From: an uncultured Actinomycetes bacterium
GTDB taxonomy: Bacteria; Actinomycetota; Actinomycetes; S36-B12; UBA10799
Reading direction: 5' to 3'
Assembly: GCA_964627505.1 (NCBI GenBank)
Contig: CAZVKB010000002.1
Location: 3,434-67,433, forward strand
DNA length: 64,000 nt
Shown: positions 1-10,801 of the stretch, piece by piece
Numbering within the stretch: the stretch's first letter is position 1
How the letters are laid out: each line of letters starts with the position of its first letter
Notes under the pieces: model-generated
What the model was told of the DNA's origin: nothing
Databases searched by the model: none
What the model saw: only the letters and a program-made list of their open reading frames with translations
Program-made: the position numbers and the translations under genes

Positions 1-1546
1 AGGCGTCCTCGGCACCGAGGATGTCGGTGAGGGCGACATAACGGGTTTCGCCGTCCACCTGGTCACTCACGAGACCCATGGCGATGCCGGCGACTGGCGC
101 GCGCAGCGGCACGCCAGCGTTCATCAGCGACATCGTGGACGCACACACAGAACCCATCGACGTGGAGCCGTTGGACCCTAGCGCCTCCGATACCTGCCGA
201 ATGGCGTACGGGAATTCTTCCCGGCTGGGCAGCACCGGCACCAACGCGCGCTCGGCCAGCGCACCATGGCCGATTTCGCGCCGCTTCGGTGATCCCACGC
301 GTCCGGTCTCGCCGGTGGAGTAGGGCGGGAAGTTGTAGTTGTGCATGTAGCGCTTGCGCGTGGTGGGTGACAGCGTGTCGAGTTGCTGCTCCATCCGCAG
401 CATGTTCAGCGTCGTGACTCCCATGATCTGGGTTTCGCCGCGCTCGAACAGTGCCGAACCGTGAGCCCGCGGAACGACTTCGACCTCCGCAGCCAACACG
501 CGAATGTCGGTGATGCCCCGACCGTCGATGCGCACCCGGTCCCGCAGGATCCGCTGCCGCACCAACTTCTTGGTCAGCGCGTTAAACGCCGCCCCAAGTT
601 CCTTTTCGCGACCCGCGAATTGATCGGCGAGCGCCGACACCAGGTCGTCTTTGATGTCGTCGGTGGCGCTTTGCCGCTCTTGCTTGTCGGCAATCGTCAG
701 GGCTACTTCGAGGCGTGCCGCCGCAAAGTCGGTGACGGCCGTGAGCGCATCGGGCTGGTACTCCGGGAACACCGGGAACTCCCGGGTGGGCTTGGCCGCC
801 TGGGCAGCGAGTTCGGATTGCGCCCGGCAAAGTTCGCTGATGAAGGGCTTGGCCGCTTCGAGACCGGCTGCCACCACTTCTTCCGTGGGAGCGGTCGCCC
901 CGCCCGCCAGCAAGTCCACAGTTTCTTCGGTGGCCTCTGCCTCAACCATCATGATGGCGACATCGTCACCCACGACCCGACCGGCCACCACCATGTCGAA
1001 GACTGCGCGCTCGAGCAGTTTGTGGCCTGGGAAAGCCACCCACTGATCGTCGATCAGGGCGACGCGGACTGCCCCGATCGGCCCGGAGAAAGGCAAACCG
1101 GAGAGTTGCGTGGACAGTGATGCCGCGTTGATCGCCACTACGTCATAGATGTGGTCGGGGTTCAGCGACAGCACCGTGACCACAACCTGCACCTCATTGC
1201 GCAGGCCCTTGACGAACGTCGGGCGCAGGGGCCGGTCGATCAACCGGCAGGTGAGGATGGCGTCTTCGCTGGGACGGCCTTCCCTGCGGAAGAACGAACC
1301 GGGGATCCGCCCAGCGGCGTACATCCGTTCTTCGACATCGACGGTGAGGGGGAAGAAGTCGAAGTGCTCTTTGGGGTGCTTGCCAGCCGTGGTGGCCGAC
1401 AGCAGCATCGTGTCGTCGTCGAGGTAGGCCACGGCCGAGCCGGCAGCTTGCCGAGCGAGCCGACCGGTTTCAAAGCGAATGGAACGCGTGCCGAACCGAC
1501 CGTTGTCGATGGTGGCAATCGCGGTGTAAATATCAGGACCCTCCAT
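1..1546 (-). CDS. pnp: Polynucleotide phosphorylase (PNPase), N-terminal ~515 aa; the gene runs off the window at position 1
   Basis: Not in the ORF track because no stop lies in the window. Reverse-complement reading from the ATG at 1546 gives [34 protein letters not shown]..., a typical PNPase N-terminus, and the frame stays open to position 1. GGAGGA sits 5 nt upstream of the ATG. rpsO-pnp synteny. Confidence 0.93.
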   Translation of the reverse strand, partial: MEGPDIYTAIATIDNGRFGTRSIRFETGRLARQAAGSAVAYLDDDTMLLSATTAGKHPKEHFDFFPLTVDVEERMYAAGRIPGSFFRREGRPSEDAILTCRLIDRPLRPTFVKGLRNEVQVVVTVLSLNPDHIYDVVAINAASLSTQLSGLPFSGPIGAVRVALIDDQWVAFPGHKLLERAVFDMVVAGRVVGDDVAIMMVEAEATEETVDLLAGGATAPTEEVVAAGLEAAKPFISELCRAQSELAAQAAKPTREFPVFPEYQPDALTAVTDFAAARLEVALTIADKQERQSATDDIKDDLVSALADQFAGREKELGAAFNALTKKLVRQRILRDRVRIDGRGITDIRVLAAEVEVVPRAHGSALFERGETQIMGVTTLNMLRMEQQLDTLSPTTRKRYMHNYNFPPYSTGETGRVGSPKRREIGHGALAERALVPVLPSREEFPYAIRQVSEALGSNGSTSMGSVCASTMSLMNAGVPLRAPVAGIAMGLVSDQVDGETRYVALTDILGAEDA

Positions 1547-1702
1547 GGGTTCCTCCTTCGAGTGGGACCCGGGGGCCGTACCGGACGATCATCGCGAACC
1601 GATCTTCGATCGAGGGCTCCGTGACGCATCGCGCCGCGGAGGCCACCACCGAGGACCGAAGCGAGGGCCGTCGAGGTACCCCCGGGTGGGTGAGACTACG
1701 TG
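1547..1702 (-). promoter_or_regulatory. Structured rpsO-pnp intergenic leader (candidate PNPase autoregulatory / Actino-pnp-like element)
   Basis: 156-nt gap. On the minus-strand RNA, ACCCGGGGGUACC (plus 1672-1684) can pair with GGUAC-GG-CCCCGGGU (plus 1569-1583), closing a ~100-nt domain. An inner hairpin CGAUC-GAA-GAUCG is present. Folded by eye only. Confidence 0.35.
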
Positions 1703-1966
1703 TTAGCGGCGCAAGCCGAGGCGCTCGATGAGCGAGCGGTAGCGTTCGATGTCCGTCTTGGCGACATAGTTGAGCAAGCGCCGCCGACGGCCGACGAGCA
1801 GCAACAGGCCGCGCCGGGAGTGGTGATCGTGCTTGTGATCTTTGAGGTGCTCAGTGAGGTGCGAAATCCGGTGCGACAGCAGTGCGATCTGCACTTCTGG
1901 GCTGCCGGTATCCCCCTCGTGCGTGGCGTACTCGGTGATGATCGATTGTTTTGTTGCTGCATCCAT
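1703..1966 (-). CDS. rpsO: 30S ribosomal protein S15
   Basis: Internal Met of ORF 1703..2044: [68 protein letters not shown]... Typical S15 sequence and length (87 aa). Confidence 0.95.
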   Translation of the reverse strand: MDAATKQSIITEYATHEGDTGSPEVQIALLSHRISHLTEHLKDHKHDHHSRRGLLLLVGRRRRLLNYVAKTDIERYRSLIERLGLRR

Positions 1967-2103
1967 GACACATCTTCCTCTCGGACGCGGCACTGTTCCC
2001 AAACGTGAATGTCGTGGGGTGCGTGGATACGCGAAACGGCCCACCGGGCGTCCGTCCAGTGGCCGTCGCAGGCGATTCTAGCCCACAGCCGGGTGCGCAG
2101 CGC

Positions 2104-3057
2104 TCACAACCCTAGGAGTCGCCGCACCGTCGCCACATCAGCGGCCATCTTGGTGATCAGTTCCTGCTCGCCGCGGAAGGTGACCTGGTCGCGCACTTTG
2201 GCCACAAAATCGATGGCCACATGAGCGGAATACAGGTCGAAGTCGGCCGGCGCGTCGAGCACGTAGGCTTCCACGCGCCGTTCCGCACCCCCAAAGGTGG
2301 GGTTGCTGCCCACGCTGATGGCTGCGGGCCACGCCCGAGCGTTGTCCGTGTAGGGGGCCGTCACAAGCCGGCCGGCGTAGACGCCATCGCCGGGGACAGC
2401 TGCCAACGTGGTGGTGGCCAGGTTTGCGGTGGGGTAGCCCATACTGCGTCCGCGTTGGTCACCGATGACCACTTCCCCTTCGACGCGATGCGGGCGGGCG
2501 AGGGCGCGGGTGGTCGCAGCGATGTGACCGTCGGCGACGAGGCGCCGGATCTCCGTGGAACTGATCGGCACATCCGGGCGACCCACGAGTTCTTCTCGCA
2601 GCAGCGGCACGGCATCCACCGTCATCCCGCTCGGCGCCCCGAATTGGCGCAGCGCTTCGACGTCCCCGCTCGCCCGGTAGCCGAAGCGGAAATTCTCCCC
2701 CACCACCACACACGAGGCGCCGAGGGCATCGACAAGTACATCGTGGACGAATTGCGCCGGGGACAGGCGTGACATGTCGGTGTCGAAGTCCAACACCAAC
2801 GTGGCATCCACACCCAGACTCTCGATCAGCAGCAACCGCTGCTCCAAGGTGGCCAAGCGCAGCGGTGGATGCTCACGGACCACCTCCGCTGGGTTGGGAG
2901 AGAATGTCACCACCACCATCGGGTGGCCACTGCGACGCGCATCTGACAGCGCGCGACGAATCAACAGGCGATGACCGCGGTGCACTCCGTCGTAGACGCC
3001 GATCGCGGCGATCGGGGCAATCTGTTCGGCCTGCTCGAGTCCGTACCACCGCTTCAC
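2104..3057 (-). CDS. ribF: Bifunctional riboflavin kinase / FAD synthetase
   Basis: Motifs GVYDGVHRGH, GYPTANL and PTFGG. GTG start at 3057 forms a GTGA overlap with the truB stop. The N-terminal part of the 454-aa track ORF overlaps truB and is rejected. Confidence 0.9.
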   Translation of the reverse strand: MKRWYGLEQAEQIAPIAAIGVYDGVHRGHRLLIRRALSDARRSGHPMVVVTFSPNPAEVVREHPPLRLATLEQRLLLIESLGVDATLVLDFDTDMSRLSPAQFVHDVLVDALGASCVVVGENFRFGYRASGDVEALRQFGAPSGMTVDAVPLLREELVGRPDVPISSTEIRRLVADGHIAATTRALARPHRVEGEVVIGDQRGRSMGYPTANLATTTLAAVPGDGVYAGRLVTAPYTDNARAWPAAISVGSNPTFGGAERRVEAYVLDAPADFDLYSAHVAIDFVAKVRDQVTFRGEQELITKMAADVATVRRLLGL

Positions 3058-3998
3058 GGGGTTATGTCCTTTCTCCGGTATGGGTAGGGCTCGGCGAAGA
3101 CCACCGTTGGATGCAGCATTCCATGGTCTGCTCGGGCTTGACAGACCACGTCCCCGGTTGGACCGAGCACCAACACTGGCGTGGGTGTGTGGTCGGTCAG
3201 GGCGAGGTCGGCTGGTGTGGGCGTGGCGCGGCCATGACTGAGATCGGCGGCTTCGTCGGCTGCCACTGTGACTGTCGGAAGCCATGCGGGGGCTACGGCA
3301 GCGATGGTTCCCACGCGGGGATTGGCCGCGAAGTCTGCCATCGTCTGACAGTCCTCCACCGTGACCGGACCGATCGCGGTGCGGCGCAGTTCGATGACGT
3401 GCGCGCCCACTCCCAACACCGCGCCCACATCGCGCGCCAATGCTCTGACATAGGTACCTGATGAACACCTCACCCGCACTGCCACGTCTGGATTGCCGGG
3501 AGAAAATTCCGTGATCTGGAAATCGAATATGTGCACCGTCCGGGCGGGCAACACCACCTGTTCACCGGCGCGCACCCGGTCGTAGGCGCGCCGACCGGCC
3601 ACCTTGATGGCGCTGACGGAACTCGGTCGCTGGGGGATCTCCCCGCGAAACTGCGCGATCGCCGCTTCCAGATCGCTGCGCTGCACGCCGCCAGCATCGT
3701 GTACCTCCACACTTTCGCCTTCGGCGTCATCGGTGGTGGTGGTTTCGCCAAGCCGAAAGATAGCTTCGTAGGTCTTGGTCTCGCCCGAGATGGCGCCTAA
3801 CAAGCGAGTGGCGCGACCCACTCCGAGTACGAGCACACCCGTGGCCAGCGGGTCCAATGTGCCGGCGTGCCCAACACGCCGGGTTCCGAGGATCCGCCGG
3901 ACTCGGGCCACAACATCGTGACTGGTCCAACCGGTTGGCTTGTCGATGCAGACGAATCCACCTGCTGCATCCAGCGCGACTGCTGGGCTCTGACTCAT
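3054..3998 (-). CDS. truB: tRNA pseudouridine(55) synthase
   Basis: MSQSPAVALDAAGGFVCIDKPTGWTSHDVVARVRRILGTRRVGHAGTLDPLATGVLVLGVGRATRLL (catalytic GTLDP motif). The ATG at 3998 overlaps the nrnA stop (ATGA). Confidence 0.92.
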   Translation of the reverse strand: MSQSPAVALDAAGGFVCIDKPTGWTSHDVVARVRRILGTRRVGHAGTLDPLATGVLVLGVGRATRLLGAISGETKTYEAIFRLGETTTTDDAEGESVEVHDAGGVQRSDLEAAIAQFRGEIPQRPSSVSAIKVAGRRAYDRVRAGEQVVLPARTVHIFDFQITEFSPGNPDVAVRVRCSSGTYVRALARDVGAVLGVGAHVIELRRTAIGPVTVEDCQTMADFAANPRVGTIAAVAPAWLPTVTVAADEAADLSHGRATPTPADLALTDHTPTPVLVLGPTGDVVCQARADHGMLHPTVVFAEPYPYRRKDITP

Positions 3999-4996
3999 GG
4001 CGCGATCGGTGCAGCTGTGAGCAGGTCCAGGATTTCCGTGACGGCTGCCTTCGCCGTGGTGGCCTGCGCAGTGAAGCCCGCAGCTTGTCGATGTCCGCCG
4101 CCGCCTCGGGCACTGCACAGATTCCCGACGTCGGTCCCGCCCCGGCTGCGCATGGAGACCCGCCACACTCCGCGATCGTCTTGCTTGGCGATCACTGCGA
4201 CGTCTGTGGCGGTGATTGCCGCGAAGTCGGTGATGATGGACTCCACATCGTCGTAGTGCACCCCGAACTCGGCTCGGTCGGCTTGGGAGATCACGCCGAG
4301 CAGCGCGCCCTGTCCGCCGGCCGCTTCGGGCACGACCGTGGCCGCCCCCAAGGTGCGTGCGGCCAGCCGGGCCACCGACAGCGACCTAGCAGCGAACAAC
4401 TGCCGACCGACGTATTCCGGGTCCACGCCCTGGTCCAACAGGCCCGCGACGAGCCGATGCGTGTCGCTGGATGTGCCGGCGAAGCGGAAGCCGCCGGTGT
4501 CGCTGGCGATGGCGGCATAGAGGTCAGTGGCGATTGCCGGCGAGCTGGGCAAGTCGGCCCGCTCCAGGAGTTGCGCCACCAACACCCCGGCCGCCGGAAC
4601 CGTGGGATCGATCAATTGCACGTCGCCGAAACCAGGGTTCGAGCGGTGATGATCGATCACCAGGAACGCCCGCGCGGCCTGCGCCAACGCCAGCAGCCGC
4701 CCAAGTCGATCTGCGGCCGCGCAATCCACGGCGATCACGGTGTCCGGCTGCTGTGGACAATCCGCCGGCGCCCGCAGCAACTCTTGGTGCGGCAGCCATC
4801 GCAATGACTGCGGCACCGCGAACGGCTCGGCGTCGAAGGTCGCACACGCCTGCACGCCAGCGGACCGCAACGCAGCCGCCAACCCCAGAGCCGAACCGAG
4901 AGCATCGGCATCAGGATTGATGTGACCAACCACCACGGCAACCTGCGCACCCTGCACGACGGCAACTGCTGCTTCCCAGGGCTGAGTGCTCGTCAT
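3995..4996 (-). CDS. nrnA: DHH/DHHA1 family phosphoesterase (NrnA/CnpB-like oligoribonuclease/pAp phosphatase)
   Basis: GHINPDADALGS, DHHRSN and GGGGHRQAAGF motifs. Located between rbfA and truB, as with Rv2837c in mycobacteria. ATGA overlap with the rbfA stop. Confidence 0.85.
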   Translation of the reverse strand: MTSTQPWEAAVAVVQGAQVAVVVGHINPDADALGSALGLAAALRSAGVQACATFDAEPFAVPQSLRWLPHQELLRAPADCPQQPDTVIAVDCAAADRLGRLLALAQAARAFLVIDHHRSNPGFGDVQLIDPTVPAAGVLVAQLLERADLPSSPAIATDLYAAIASDTGGFRFAGTSSDTHRLVAGLLDQGVDPEYVGRQLFAARSLSVARLAARTLGAATVVPEAAGGQGALLGVISQADRAEFGVHYDDVESIITDFAAITATDVAVIAKQDDRGVWRVSMRSRGGTDVGNLCSARGGGGHRQAAGFTAQATTAKAAVTEILDLLTAAPIAP

Positions 4997-5418
4997 TCCG
5001 GTTGGTCAGGCGCCCGATACGGGTCGGGATCGCCAGCGAACGTGGCTTGCGCGGCTGCGTCAGCAATTGCAGCGTCCCGCGCCGCAGCATCCCGCAGCAA
5101 CTCCTCAATGTGCTGTGCGGTTTCCGGGACCACGTCTGGCTGGAACGTCAGTGTAGGAGTGAACTTCACTCCGGTACCGGCACCCACCTCAGTGCGCAGC
5201 ATGCCGGTTGCCGACGCCAGCGCCGCAGCCGTGGCCTGCTGCTCCTCGGCATCGCCGAGGACCGTGTAGAACACGGTGGCATCGCGCAGATCGGCCGTCA
5301 CCCGCACATCAGTGACAGTGACAAACCCCAATCTCGGGTCCTTCACTTTGAATTTCAGCGCTTCGGCCACAATCACGTGGATACGTTCGGCGAGGCGCCG
5401 GGCTCGGGCTTCGCTCAT
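4993..5418 (-). CDS. rbfA: Ribosome-binding factor A
   Basis: [55 protein letters not shown]... The ATG at 5418 overlaps the infB stop (ATGA). The upstream extension of the track ORF is rejected. Confidence 0.9.
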   Translation of the reverse strand: MSEARARRLAERIHVIVAEALKFKVKDPRLGFVTVTDVRVTADLRDATVFYTVLGDAEEQQATAAALASATGMLRTEVGAGTGVKFTPTLTFQPDVVPETAQHIEELLRDAAARDAAIADAAAQATFAGDPDPYRAPDQPE

Positions 5419-8381
5419 GCGCGGTCCTTCTGTCGCATTTCGAAGGTTTCGATCACGTCGTCGGTCTTGATGTCGTTGAAGGAACCCAAGCCGATGCCGC
5501 ATTCGAAGCCTTCGCGCACCTCGGTAGCGTCGTCCTTGAACCGGCGCAGCGACTCGATGGAGAGGTTGTCTGCCACCACTGTGCCGTCGCGGACGAGACG
5601 GGCCTTGGAGTTGCGGCGGATCTCTCCGGATCGCACGATGCACCCGGCGATGTTCCCGAACTTGGACGACCGGAACACTTCGCGCACCTCGGCGGTGCCG
5701 AGTTGGGCTTCCTCAAACTCAGGCTTGAGCATGCCCTTGAGCGCGGCCTCAACCTCGTCGATGGCCTGGTAAATGACGCTGTAATAGCGCACGTCGACGT
5801 TTTCCCGTTCGGCGAGTTCCCGCGCCTTGCCTTCCGGCCGGACGTTGAAGCCGATGATCACCGCGTCGGAGGCACTCGCCAAAGTGACATCGTTCTCGGT
5901 GATCGCACCCACGCCGCGGTGGATCACCCGCAGGGAGACATCGTCGCCCACGTCGAGTTTGACCAGCGCATCTTCCAGGGCTTCCACCGAACCGGATACG
6001 TCACCCTTGATGATGAGTTTGAGTTCTTCGACCTCACCGCGCTCCACCTGCTTGAGGAAGTCCTCGAGCGTGCGTCGACCGCGCTGCTGGGCCAGTTGGG
6101 CGTTGCGTTCGCGAGCCTGCCGGGTGTTCGCGATCTGGCGTGCCACCCGGTCCTCTTCCACCACGAGGAAACTGTCACCGGCGCCTGGCACCGATGTCAG
6201 ACCCAGCACCTGGACGGGGCGTGACGGGCCCGCCTGGGTCAGCATTTCACCCTTTTCGTCCAGCATGGCGCGGACTCGGCCGTGAGCGTCGCCAGCCACG
6301 ATTGAGTCGCCGGGGCGCAGCGTGCCGCGTTGTACGAGCACAGTGGCCACTGGTCCACGGCCCTTGTCGAGGTGAGCTTCGATGGCCACACCTTGCGCGT
6401 CTTGATCGGGGTTGGCCCGCAGGTCGAGGGCGGCGTCGGCGGTGAGCAACACTGCTTCCAGCACCTCGTCGATGCCGATGCCCTGTTTGGCGGACACATC
6501 GACAAAGATGGTGTCGCCGCCGTATTCCTCTGCGACCAGACCGTATTCGGTCAACTGACCGCGAACTTTGGTGGGGTCGGCACCTTCCTTGTCGATCTTA
6601 TTGACTGCGACCACGATCGGCACATCTGCCGCTTGGGCGTGGTTGAGCGCCTCAATCGTCTGTGGCTTCACGCCATCGTCAGCGGCCACCACCAGAATGG
6701 CGATGTCGGTGACCTTGGCGCCACGGGCACGCATGGCGGTGAAAGCCTCGTGACCGGGGGTGTCAATGAACGTGATCTTGCGTTCGGTGTCTGTGCCAGC
6801 CCGCGCGCGCACTTGGTAGGCGCCGATGTGCTGGGTGATGCCGCCGGCTTCGCCACCGACGACGTCGGTGTTGCGGATGGCGTCGAGCAGGCGCGTTTTA
6901 CCGTGGTCGACGTGACCCATGACCGTCACCACGGGCGGCCGGGCGGTCAGATCGTCCTCATCGCCTTCGTTCTCCCCGAATTCGATGTGGAACCGCTCGA
7001 GCAGTTCGCGGTCCTCATCTTCGGGCGAGACCACTTCGATGTGGTAGTTCAACTCCGCACCGAGCACCTCAAGGGTGTCGTCACCCACAGATTGCGTGGC
7101 TGTCACCACCTCGCCAAGTGCGAAAAGGGCCGCCACCAGCGCAGCGGGGTTGACATCGATGCGTTCGGCCAGATCGGTGAGGGACGCACCGCGGGGCAAG
7201 CGGATGGTCCGACCGTCGCCCATGGCGATTTTGGCGCCGCCGATGGTGGGTGCGGCCATGTTGTCGAACTCTTGACGCTTGGCCTTCTTGGACTTGCGAC
7301 TCTTGCCCCGAGGTCCGCCCGGCCGACCACCGAAACGACCGCCGGGTTTGCCGAATGCGCCACCGGGTTGGCCCGGGCGGCCAGGACCACCGGTGCCTGG
7401 GCGGCCACCGGTTCCCCCACCGCCTGCGCCACCGCCGGGTCGGGCACCGCCGTAACCGCCACCAGCACCGCCACCGCTGGGACGCGCGCCGGCTCCACCG
7501 GGACGGGCACCCGGACCACCGGGACGCGCACCGGGGCCACCGGGACGGGCACCCGGACCACCGGGACGCGCACCGGGACCACCGGGACGGGCTCCCGGGC
7601 CACCGGGACGAGCGCCCCGAGTCGGTCCGGCAGGCTTACGGGGACGCGGCGGCATCATGTTCGGATTCGGACGTGGGCCACCGGGGCTGCTCTCACCGGC
7701 ATCGGGGCGAGCCGACGGTGCCCGCATCCCCTGGCTGCTGCTGAACGGGTTGTTGCCCGGGCGCGGTGCGCCCGCGCGCATCCCTTGGTTGCTGCTGAAT
7801 GGGTTGTTGCCCGGGCGAGGTGCGCCGGGAGTGCGACCGGCCGCCGGAGTCGGCGTCGGTCGACCGGCGCCAGGCTGAGTGGGGGCGCTGCCGACCGGTG
7901 GTGTCGTCCCGGTGGCTGGTGCGGTTGGCGGGGCCGAGGGCGCCGGAGTCGCCGGCGCCGCGCTTGTGCTCTCGACGACTTGTGCCTCCGCTGCAAGTTG
8001 CTCAGACTCTTTGGTCGCAGCTTGCGGTGGTGTGGCGGCCGCTGTGGCCGGGGCGGGCTTGCGTGCGCCTGGCCTGGGCGCAGGTGTGGCCCCGGTTGCC
8101 GGCGTCATGGGTTTGCGCGCGTCAGGGGCGGCAGTCGACGTTTCTTGGGATGCCGTTTTCCGCGCCGACGGACTCGCGGTGGCGCCGCGCGGTTGGGCTG
8201 ACGCCGGCGCGGCCGGTGTCTCGCTACCTGCATAGGCCGCCCGCAACTTCTTAGCGACTGGCGCTTCAATACTCGATGATGCGCCCTTGACGAACTCCCC
8301 CAGCTCTGAGAGCTTGGCGACTGCCTCTTTACTGGTGATGCCCAGTTCTTTGGCGACCTGGTGTACCCGAACCTTTGACAC
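5415..8381 (-). CDS. infB: Translation initiation factor IF-2
   Basis: 988 aa. N-terminus [19 protein letters not shown], a long Pro/Gly/Ala-rich region, a GTPase domain ([17 protein letters not shown]) and a conserved C-terminus. GTG start with GGAGA upstream. Confidence 0.97.
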   Translation of the reverse strand: MSKVRVHQVAKELGITSKEAVAKLSELGEFVKGASSSIEAPVAKKLRAAYAGSETPAAPASAQPRGATASPSARKTASQETSTAAPDARKPMTPATGATPAPRPGARKPAPATAAATPPQAATKESEQLAAEAQVVESTSAAPATPAPSAPPTAPATGTTPPVGSAPTQPGAGRPTPTPAAGRTPGAPRPGNNPFSSNQGMRAGAPRPGNNPFSSSQGMRAPSARPDAGESSPGGPRPNPNMMPPRPRKPAGPTRGARPGGPGARPGGPGARPGGPGARPGGPGARPGGPGARPGGAGARPSGGGAGGGYGGARPGGGAGGGGTGGRPGTGGPGRPGQPGGAFGKPGGRFGGRPGGPRGKSRKSKKAKRQEFDNMAAPTIGGAKIAMGDGRTIRLPRGASLTDLAERIDVNPAALVAALFALGEVVTATQSVGDDTLEVLGAELNYHIEVVSPEDEDRELLERFHIEFGENEGDEDDLTARPPVVTVMGHVDHGKTRLLDAIRNTDVVGGEAGGITQHIGAYQVRARAGTDTERKITFIDTPGHEAFTAMRARGAKVTDIAILVVAADDGVKPQTIEALNHAQAADVPIVVAVNKIDKEGADPTKVRGQLTEYGLVAEEYGGDTIFVDVSAKQGIGIDEVLEAVLLTADAALDLRANPDQDAQGVAIEAHLDKGRGPVATVLVQRGTLRPGDSIVAGDAHGRVRAMLDEKGEMLTQAGPSRPVQVLGLTSVPGAGDSFLVVEEDRVARQIANTRQARERNAQLAQQRGRRTLEDFLKQVERGEVEELKLIIKGDVSGSVEALEDALVKLDVGDDVSLRVIHRGVGAITENDVTLASASDAVIIGFNVRPEGKARELAERENVDVRYYSVIYQAIDEVEAALKGMLKPEFEEAQLGTAEVREVFRSSKFGNIAGCIVRSGEIRRNSKARLVRDGTVVADNLSIESLRRFKDDATEVREGFECGIGLGSFNDIKTDDVIETFEMRQKDRA
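7490..7615 (-). repeat. In-frame 21-nt tandem repeat (about 6 copies) encoding (GARPGGP)n in the IF-2 N-terminal region
   Basis: The plus-strand string ccaccgggacg recurs at 7495, 7516, 7537, 7558, 7579 and 7600, an exact 21-nt period. Peptide: [21 protein letters not shown]... Confidence 0.9.
7711..7818 (-). repeat. In-frame 54-nt tandem duplication in infB encoding [12 protein letters not shown](N/S)QGMRA twice
   Basis: Two near-identical adjacent units are visible at 7711-7764 and 7765-7818. The peptide repeat is seen in the IF-2 translation. Confidence 0.85.
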
Positions 8382-8462
8382 TTTTCTCCGTTCTGGCCCG
8401 GGTCAGATGTTGGCTCGAGCCGCTTATTGCAAGGACGTCATGACTGCCCGTTCATGGGGTGT

Positions 8463-8738
8463 TCATCCTGCGCTCCTCGTGGCAACTGATTGGTAGTGAT
8501 ACTGCTCTGCCCAAACCCGCTCCACCTCGGAGACATCGACGGAACCGCCGATCCGTAAGGCCCGGGCGAACGCCCGCTTCCTCACGGCGAGGGTGAGACA
8601 GTCGGCTTGACGATGGAGGTAGGCACCTCTGCCGTCGAGCACCGCACGTTGGTCGAGCACCACAGTGGCGCCTCGGCTGACGAGTCTGAGCAACTCGGCC
8701 TTCCCCGCCGAACGTCGACATCCAATGCACATGCGCAT
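8463..8738 (-). CDS. ylxR: YlxR/DUF448 family RNA-binding protein
   Basis: MRMCIGCRRSAGKAELLRLV...DGRGAYLH motif. Canonical position between nusA and infB. Start set at the Met downstream of the nusA stop. Confidence 0.8.
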   Translation of the reverse strand: MRMCIGCRRSAGKAELLRLVSRGATVVLDQRAVLDGRGAYLHRQADCLTLAVRKRAFARALRIGGSVDVSEVERVWAEQYHYQSVATRSAG

Positions 8739-8776
8739 GGGTTGACGACCGATTGCCGGTTGAGCCACAGCGCAGT

Positions 8777-9778
8777 CTAGCCTGCCGTGGTCGCCGCATC
8801 CGTGAGCGGGTCGGTCTCGGTATCTGGGCGAATATCGATCCGCCAACCAGTGAGCCGCGCGGCCAAGCGCGCGTTCTGACCTTCTCGGCCGATCGCCAGC
8901 GAGAGTTGAAAATCCGGCACGATCACCTGGGTTTGTCGCAGTTCCAGATCCACCACTCGAGCCGAGAGTACGCGCGCGGGGGACAGTGCGTTCGCGACGT
9001 AGGTAGCCGGATCGTCGTCGTAGTCGATGATGTCGATCTTTTCGCCGTCCAGTTCAGCCGTGACCGCGCGGACCCGCTGTCCCATCGGTCCGATGCAGGC
9101 GCCTTTGGGATTCAATCCAGGCACCTCGGTACCTACGGCAATCTTCGTGCGATGTCCAGCTTCCCGGGCCACCGCGTGGATCACCACCGAACCATCGGCG
9201 ATTTCCGGGGCTTCCAAAGCAAAGAGTCGGCGGACGAGATCGGGATGGCTGCGGGAGAGCACAATCACCGGCCGTTTTGTTCCACGGCGCACCTCGGTCA
9301 CCACCGCTTTGATCCGGCGACCGTGTTGGTAGGACTCGCCGGGCACCTGTTCGGCGGCGGGGATCATCCCCTCGACCCCGGATCCAAGATCGACCAGCAC
9401 TTTGGTGGGGTCGCTGCCCTGCTGGATCACTCCGGAGACCAGGGCGCCGACTCTGCCTGTGAAATGTGCGACCGTGGCATCGTCAGTGGCTCCCAACAGC
9501 CGCTGGCGAAGCACTTGGCTTGCCGTCGTCGCTGCGATCCGGCCGAAGTTCTTCGGCGTGTCATCGTACTCGCCGATCGCCTGCTCACCGTCGAATTCCA
9601 TCGCCCACACCACCACGTGACCGGTTTTCCGGTCCAACTCCACCCGTGCCTGCTTGGCCGCGCCGGGCGTGCATTCGTAGGCGACGAGCAAGGCTTCTTC
9701 AATCGAGTCCACCACTGCGTCCAGCGATAGCTGCCGATCCTGTACAAGTGTTTTCAACGCGCCGACGTCGATGTCCAT
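8777..9778 (-). CDS. nusA: Transcription termination/antitermination factor NusA
   Basis: 333 aa with N-terminal domain, S1 and KH regions (…[17 protein letters not shown]…). rimP-nusA-ylxR-infB synteny. Confidence 0.96.
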   Translation of the reverse strand: MDIDVGALKTLVQDRQLSLDAVVDSIEEALLVAYECTPGAAKQARVELDRKTGHVVVWAMEFDGEQAIGEYDDTPKNFGRIAATTASQVLRQRLLGATDDATVAHFTGRVGALVSGVIQQGSDPTKVLVDLGSGVEGMIPAAEQVPGESYQHGRRIKAVVTEVRRGTKRPVIVLSRSHPDLVRRLFALEAPEIADGSVVIHAVAREAGHRTKIAVGTEVPGLNPKGACIGPMGQRVRAVTAELDGEKIDIIDYDDDPATYVANALSPARVLSARVVDLELRQTQVIVPDFQLSLAIGREGQNARLAARLTGWRIDIRPDTETDPLTDAATTAG

Positions 9779-9782
9779 GGTG

Positions 9783-10274
9783 CTATTCCCCTGGCTCCGA
9801 AAACTCCACTTGGACTACCGCGCGGGCGATGTCGTCGTATTCCACCACCGCGCCACCGATCTCTGCCTTGCGCTTGCCGCAGTCCCCGATGCGACCGGTG
9901 AGTGCAGTGCCGTCGCTGAGGGTGACGGCAACTAAACGGCCCCGGTTGCGTTTCCAGTGCCGGGGCAGGGTCAGCGGGCGGGATACCCCGCGGGAGGAAA
10001 CTTCCAAGGTATAAGCAGCGTTTCCGAAACTGCCGTCGGCGTCCAGCGTGTCGGATAGCGCGTGCGAGAGCGTTGCGAGGTCGTCGACCTTGACACTGTC
10101 GCCGTCGACGGTGACGACCACCACTGTGCGGCGACCCGCGGACCGCAGTTCCAGTTCCTCCAGGTCAAACCCAGCGGCCACGATGACTGGCTCTAGGAGC
10201 GCTGCCACCCGCGCTTTTTTGCCTGCCACGTCGATCCCTTTCACCGGTGCGGGGCGACTCCCCGCTATTGCCAC
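9783..10274 (-). CDS. rimP: Ribosome maturation factor RimP
   Basis: [32 protein letters not shown]...[14 protein letters not shown]. Immediately upstream of nusA. The exact start is uncertain. Confidence 0.88.
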   Translation of the reverse strand: MAIAGSRPAPVKGIDVAGKKARVAALLEPVIVAAGFDLEELELRSAGRRTVVVVTVDGDSVKVDDLATLSHALSDTLDADGSFGNAAYTLEVSSRGVSRPLTLPRHWKRNRGRLVAVTLSDGTALTGRIGDCGKRKAEIGGAVVEYDDIARAVVQVEFSEPGE

Positions 10275-10318
10275 GGGCGAACACCCGCGGCGTCCCAGCG
10301 TAGCGGGCGCCTACTCTG

Positions 10319-10801
10319 GTGCTTATGACCCCGACCCGTCCGCTCGCACGTCGGACTGTGCTTGGTGTCGGGCTGATCACGCCGCCGCTGGTGCTGGCCG
10401 CGTGCGCGGAACCGGCCACCAGTCGGCAGCGAGCGGCTGACCAACCCGTGCTGCTGGAGACATGGGCCTCGGAACTGGCGCTGATCGCAGCCTATGAGCA
10501 AGCGATCGCAATCCGGCCAGACCTCACCACGACTCTTGCTTCGATTGCCGAGCAGCATCGTGAACATGCGCAGGCAGTCGCACGCGACATCACTGCCCGG
10601 AGTCCGTCGGCCGCACCTGTTCCCAGTGTGTCCGCAGCCCCGGCAGATCTGGTGGCTGCGCTGCGGGACCAGGAACGCGCAGCGGCAGCGGCCCGCGCGG
10701 CCGCGGCAGTCCGGGCCAGCGGCGGCCCGTTGGCTGCTCTCTTATGTCTGATCGGTGCCTCCGAAGCCCAACACGTCGCCGAACTCGGAGGCATCGGGTG
10801 A
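10319..10801 (+). CDS. Ferritin-like (DUF4439-like) protein with Tat/lipoprotein-type signal
   Basis: N-terminus RRTVLGVGLITPPLVLAAC (twin-Arg plus lipobox-like LAAC), then an Ala-rich helical body (AAYEQAIA...EQHREHA). Family call from memory of the rimP-proS neighbourhood in Actinobacteria. Confidence 0.55.
   Translation: MLMTPTRPLARRTVLGVGLITPPLVLAACAEPATSRQRAADQPVLLETWASELALIAAYEQAIAIRPDLTTTLASIAEQHREHAQAVARDITARSPSAAPVPSVSAAPADLVAALRDQERAAAAARAAAAVRASGGPLAALLCLIGASEAQHVAELGGIG

Noticed and set aside
383-1624. Several plus- and minus-strand ORFs of 80-245 aa (383..1120, 651..1046, 1151..1624, 1240..1629)
   Set aside because: All lie within the minus-strand PNPase reading frame, which reads as bona fide PNPase from 1546 to the window edge.
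3058-3468. N-terminal extension of the 454-aa ribF ORF; similar extensions at 3999..4166 (truB), 5419..5643 (rbfA), 16932..17051 (ppc), 28739..28876 (rpsA) and 30121..30198
   Set aside because: The extensions overlap the upstream genes or are Arg/Pro-rich junk. Family-typical N-termini begin at internal ATG/GTG codons, which either form ATGA/GTGA junctions or have good Shine-Dalgarno sequences.
7490-7615. Regularly spaced 21-nt repeats that could look like a CRISPR array or VNTR
   Set aside because: There are no unique spacers, and the repeats are contiguous, in frame and encode the IF-2 Gly/Pro/Arg-rich linker.
6330-8201. 623-aa plus-strand ORF
   Set aside because: Antisense to infB, whose translation is unmistakably IF-2. 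The plus-frame product is Arg/Gly/Ala low-complexity, typical of shadow ORFs in high-GC DNA.
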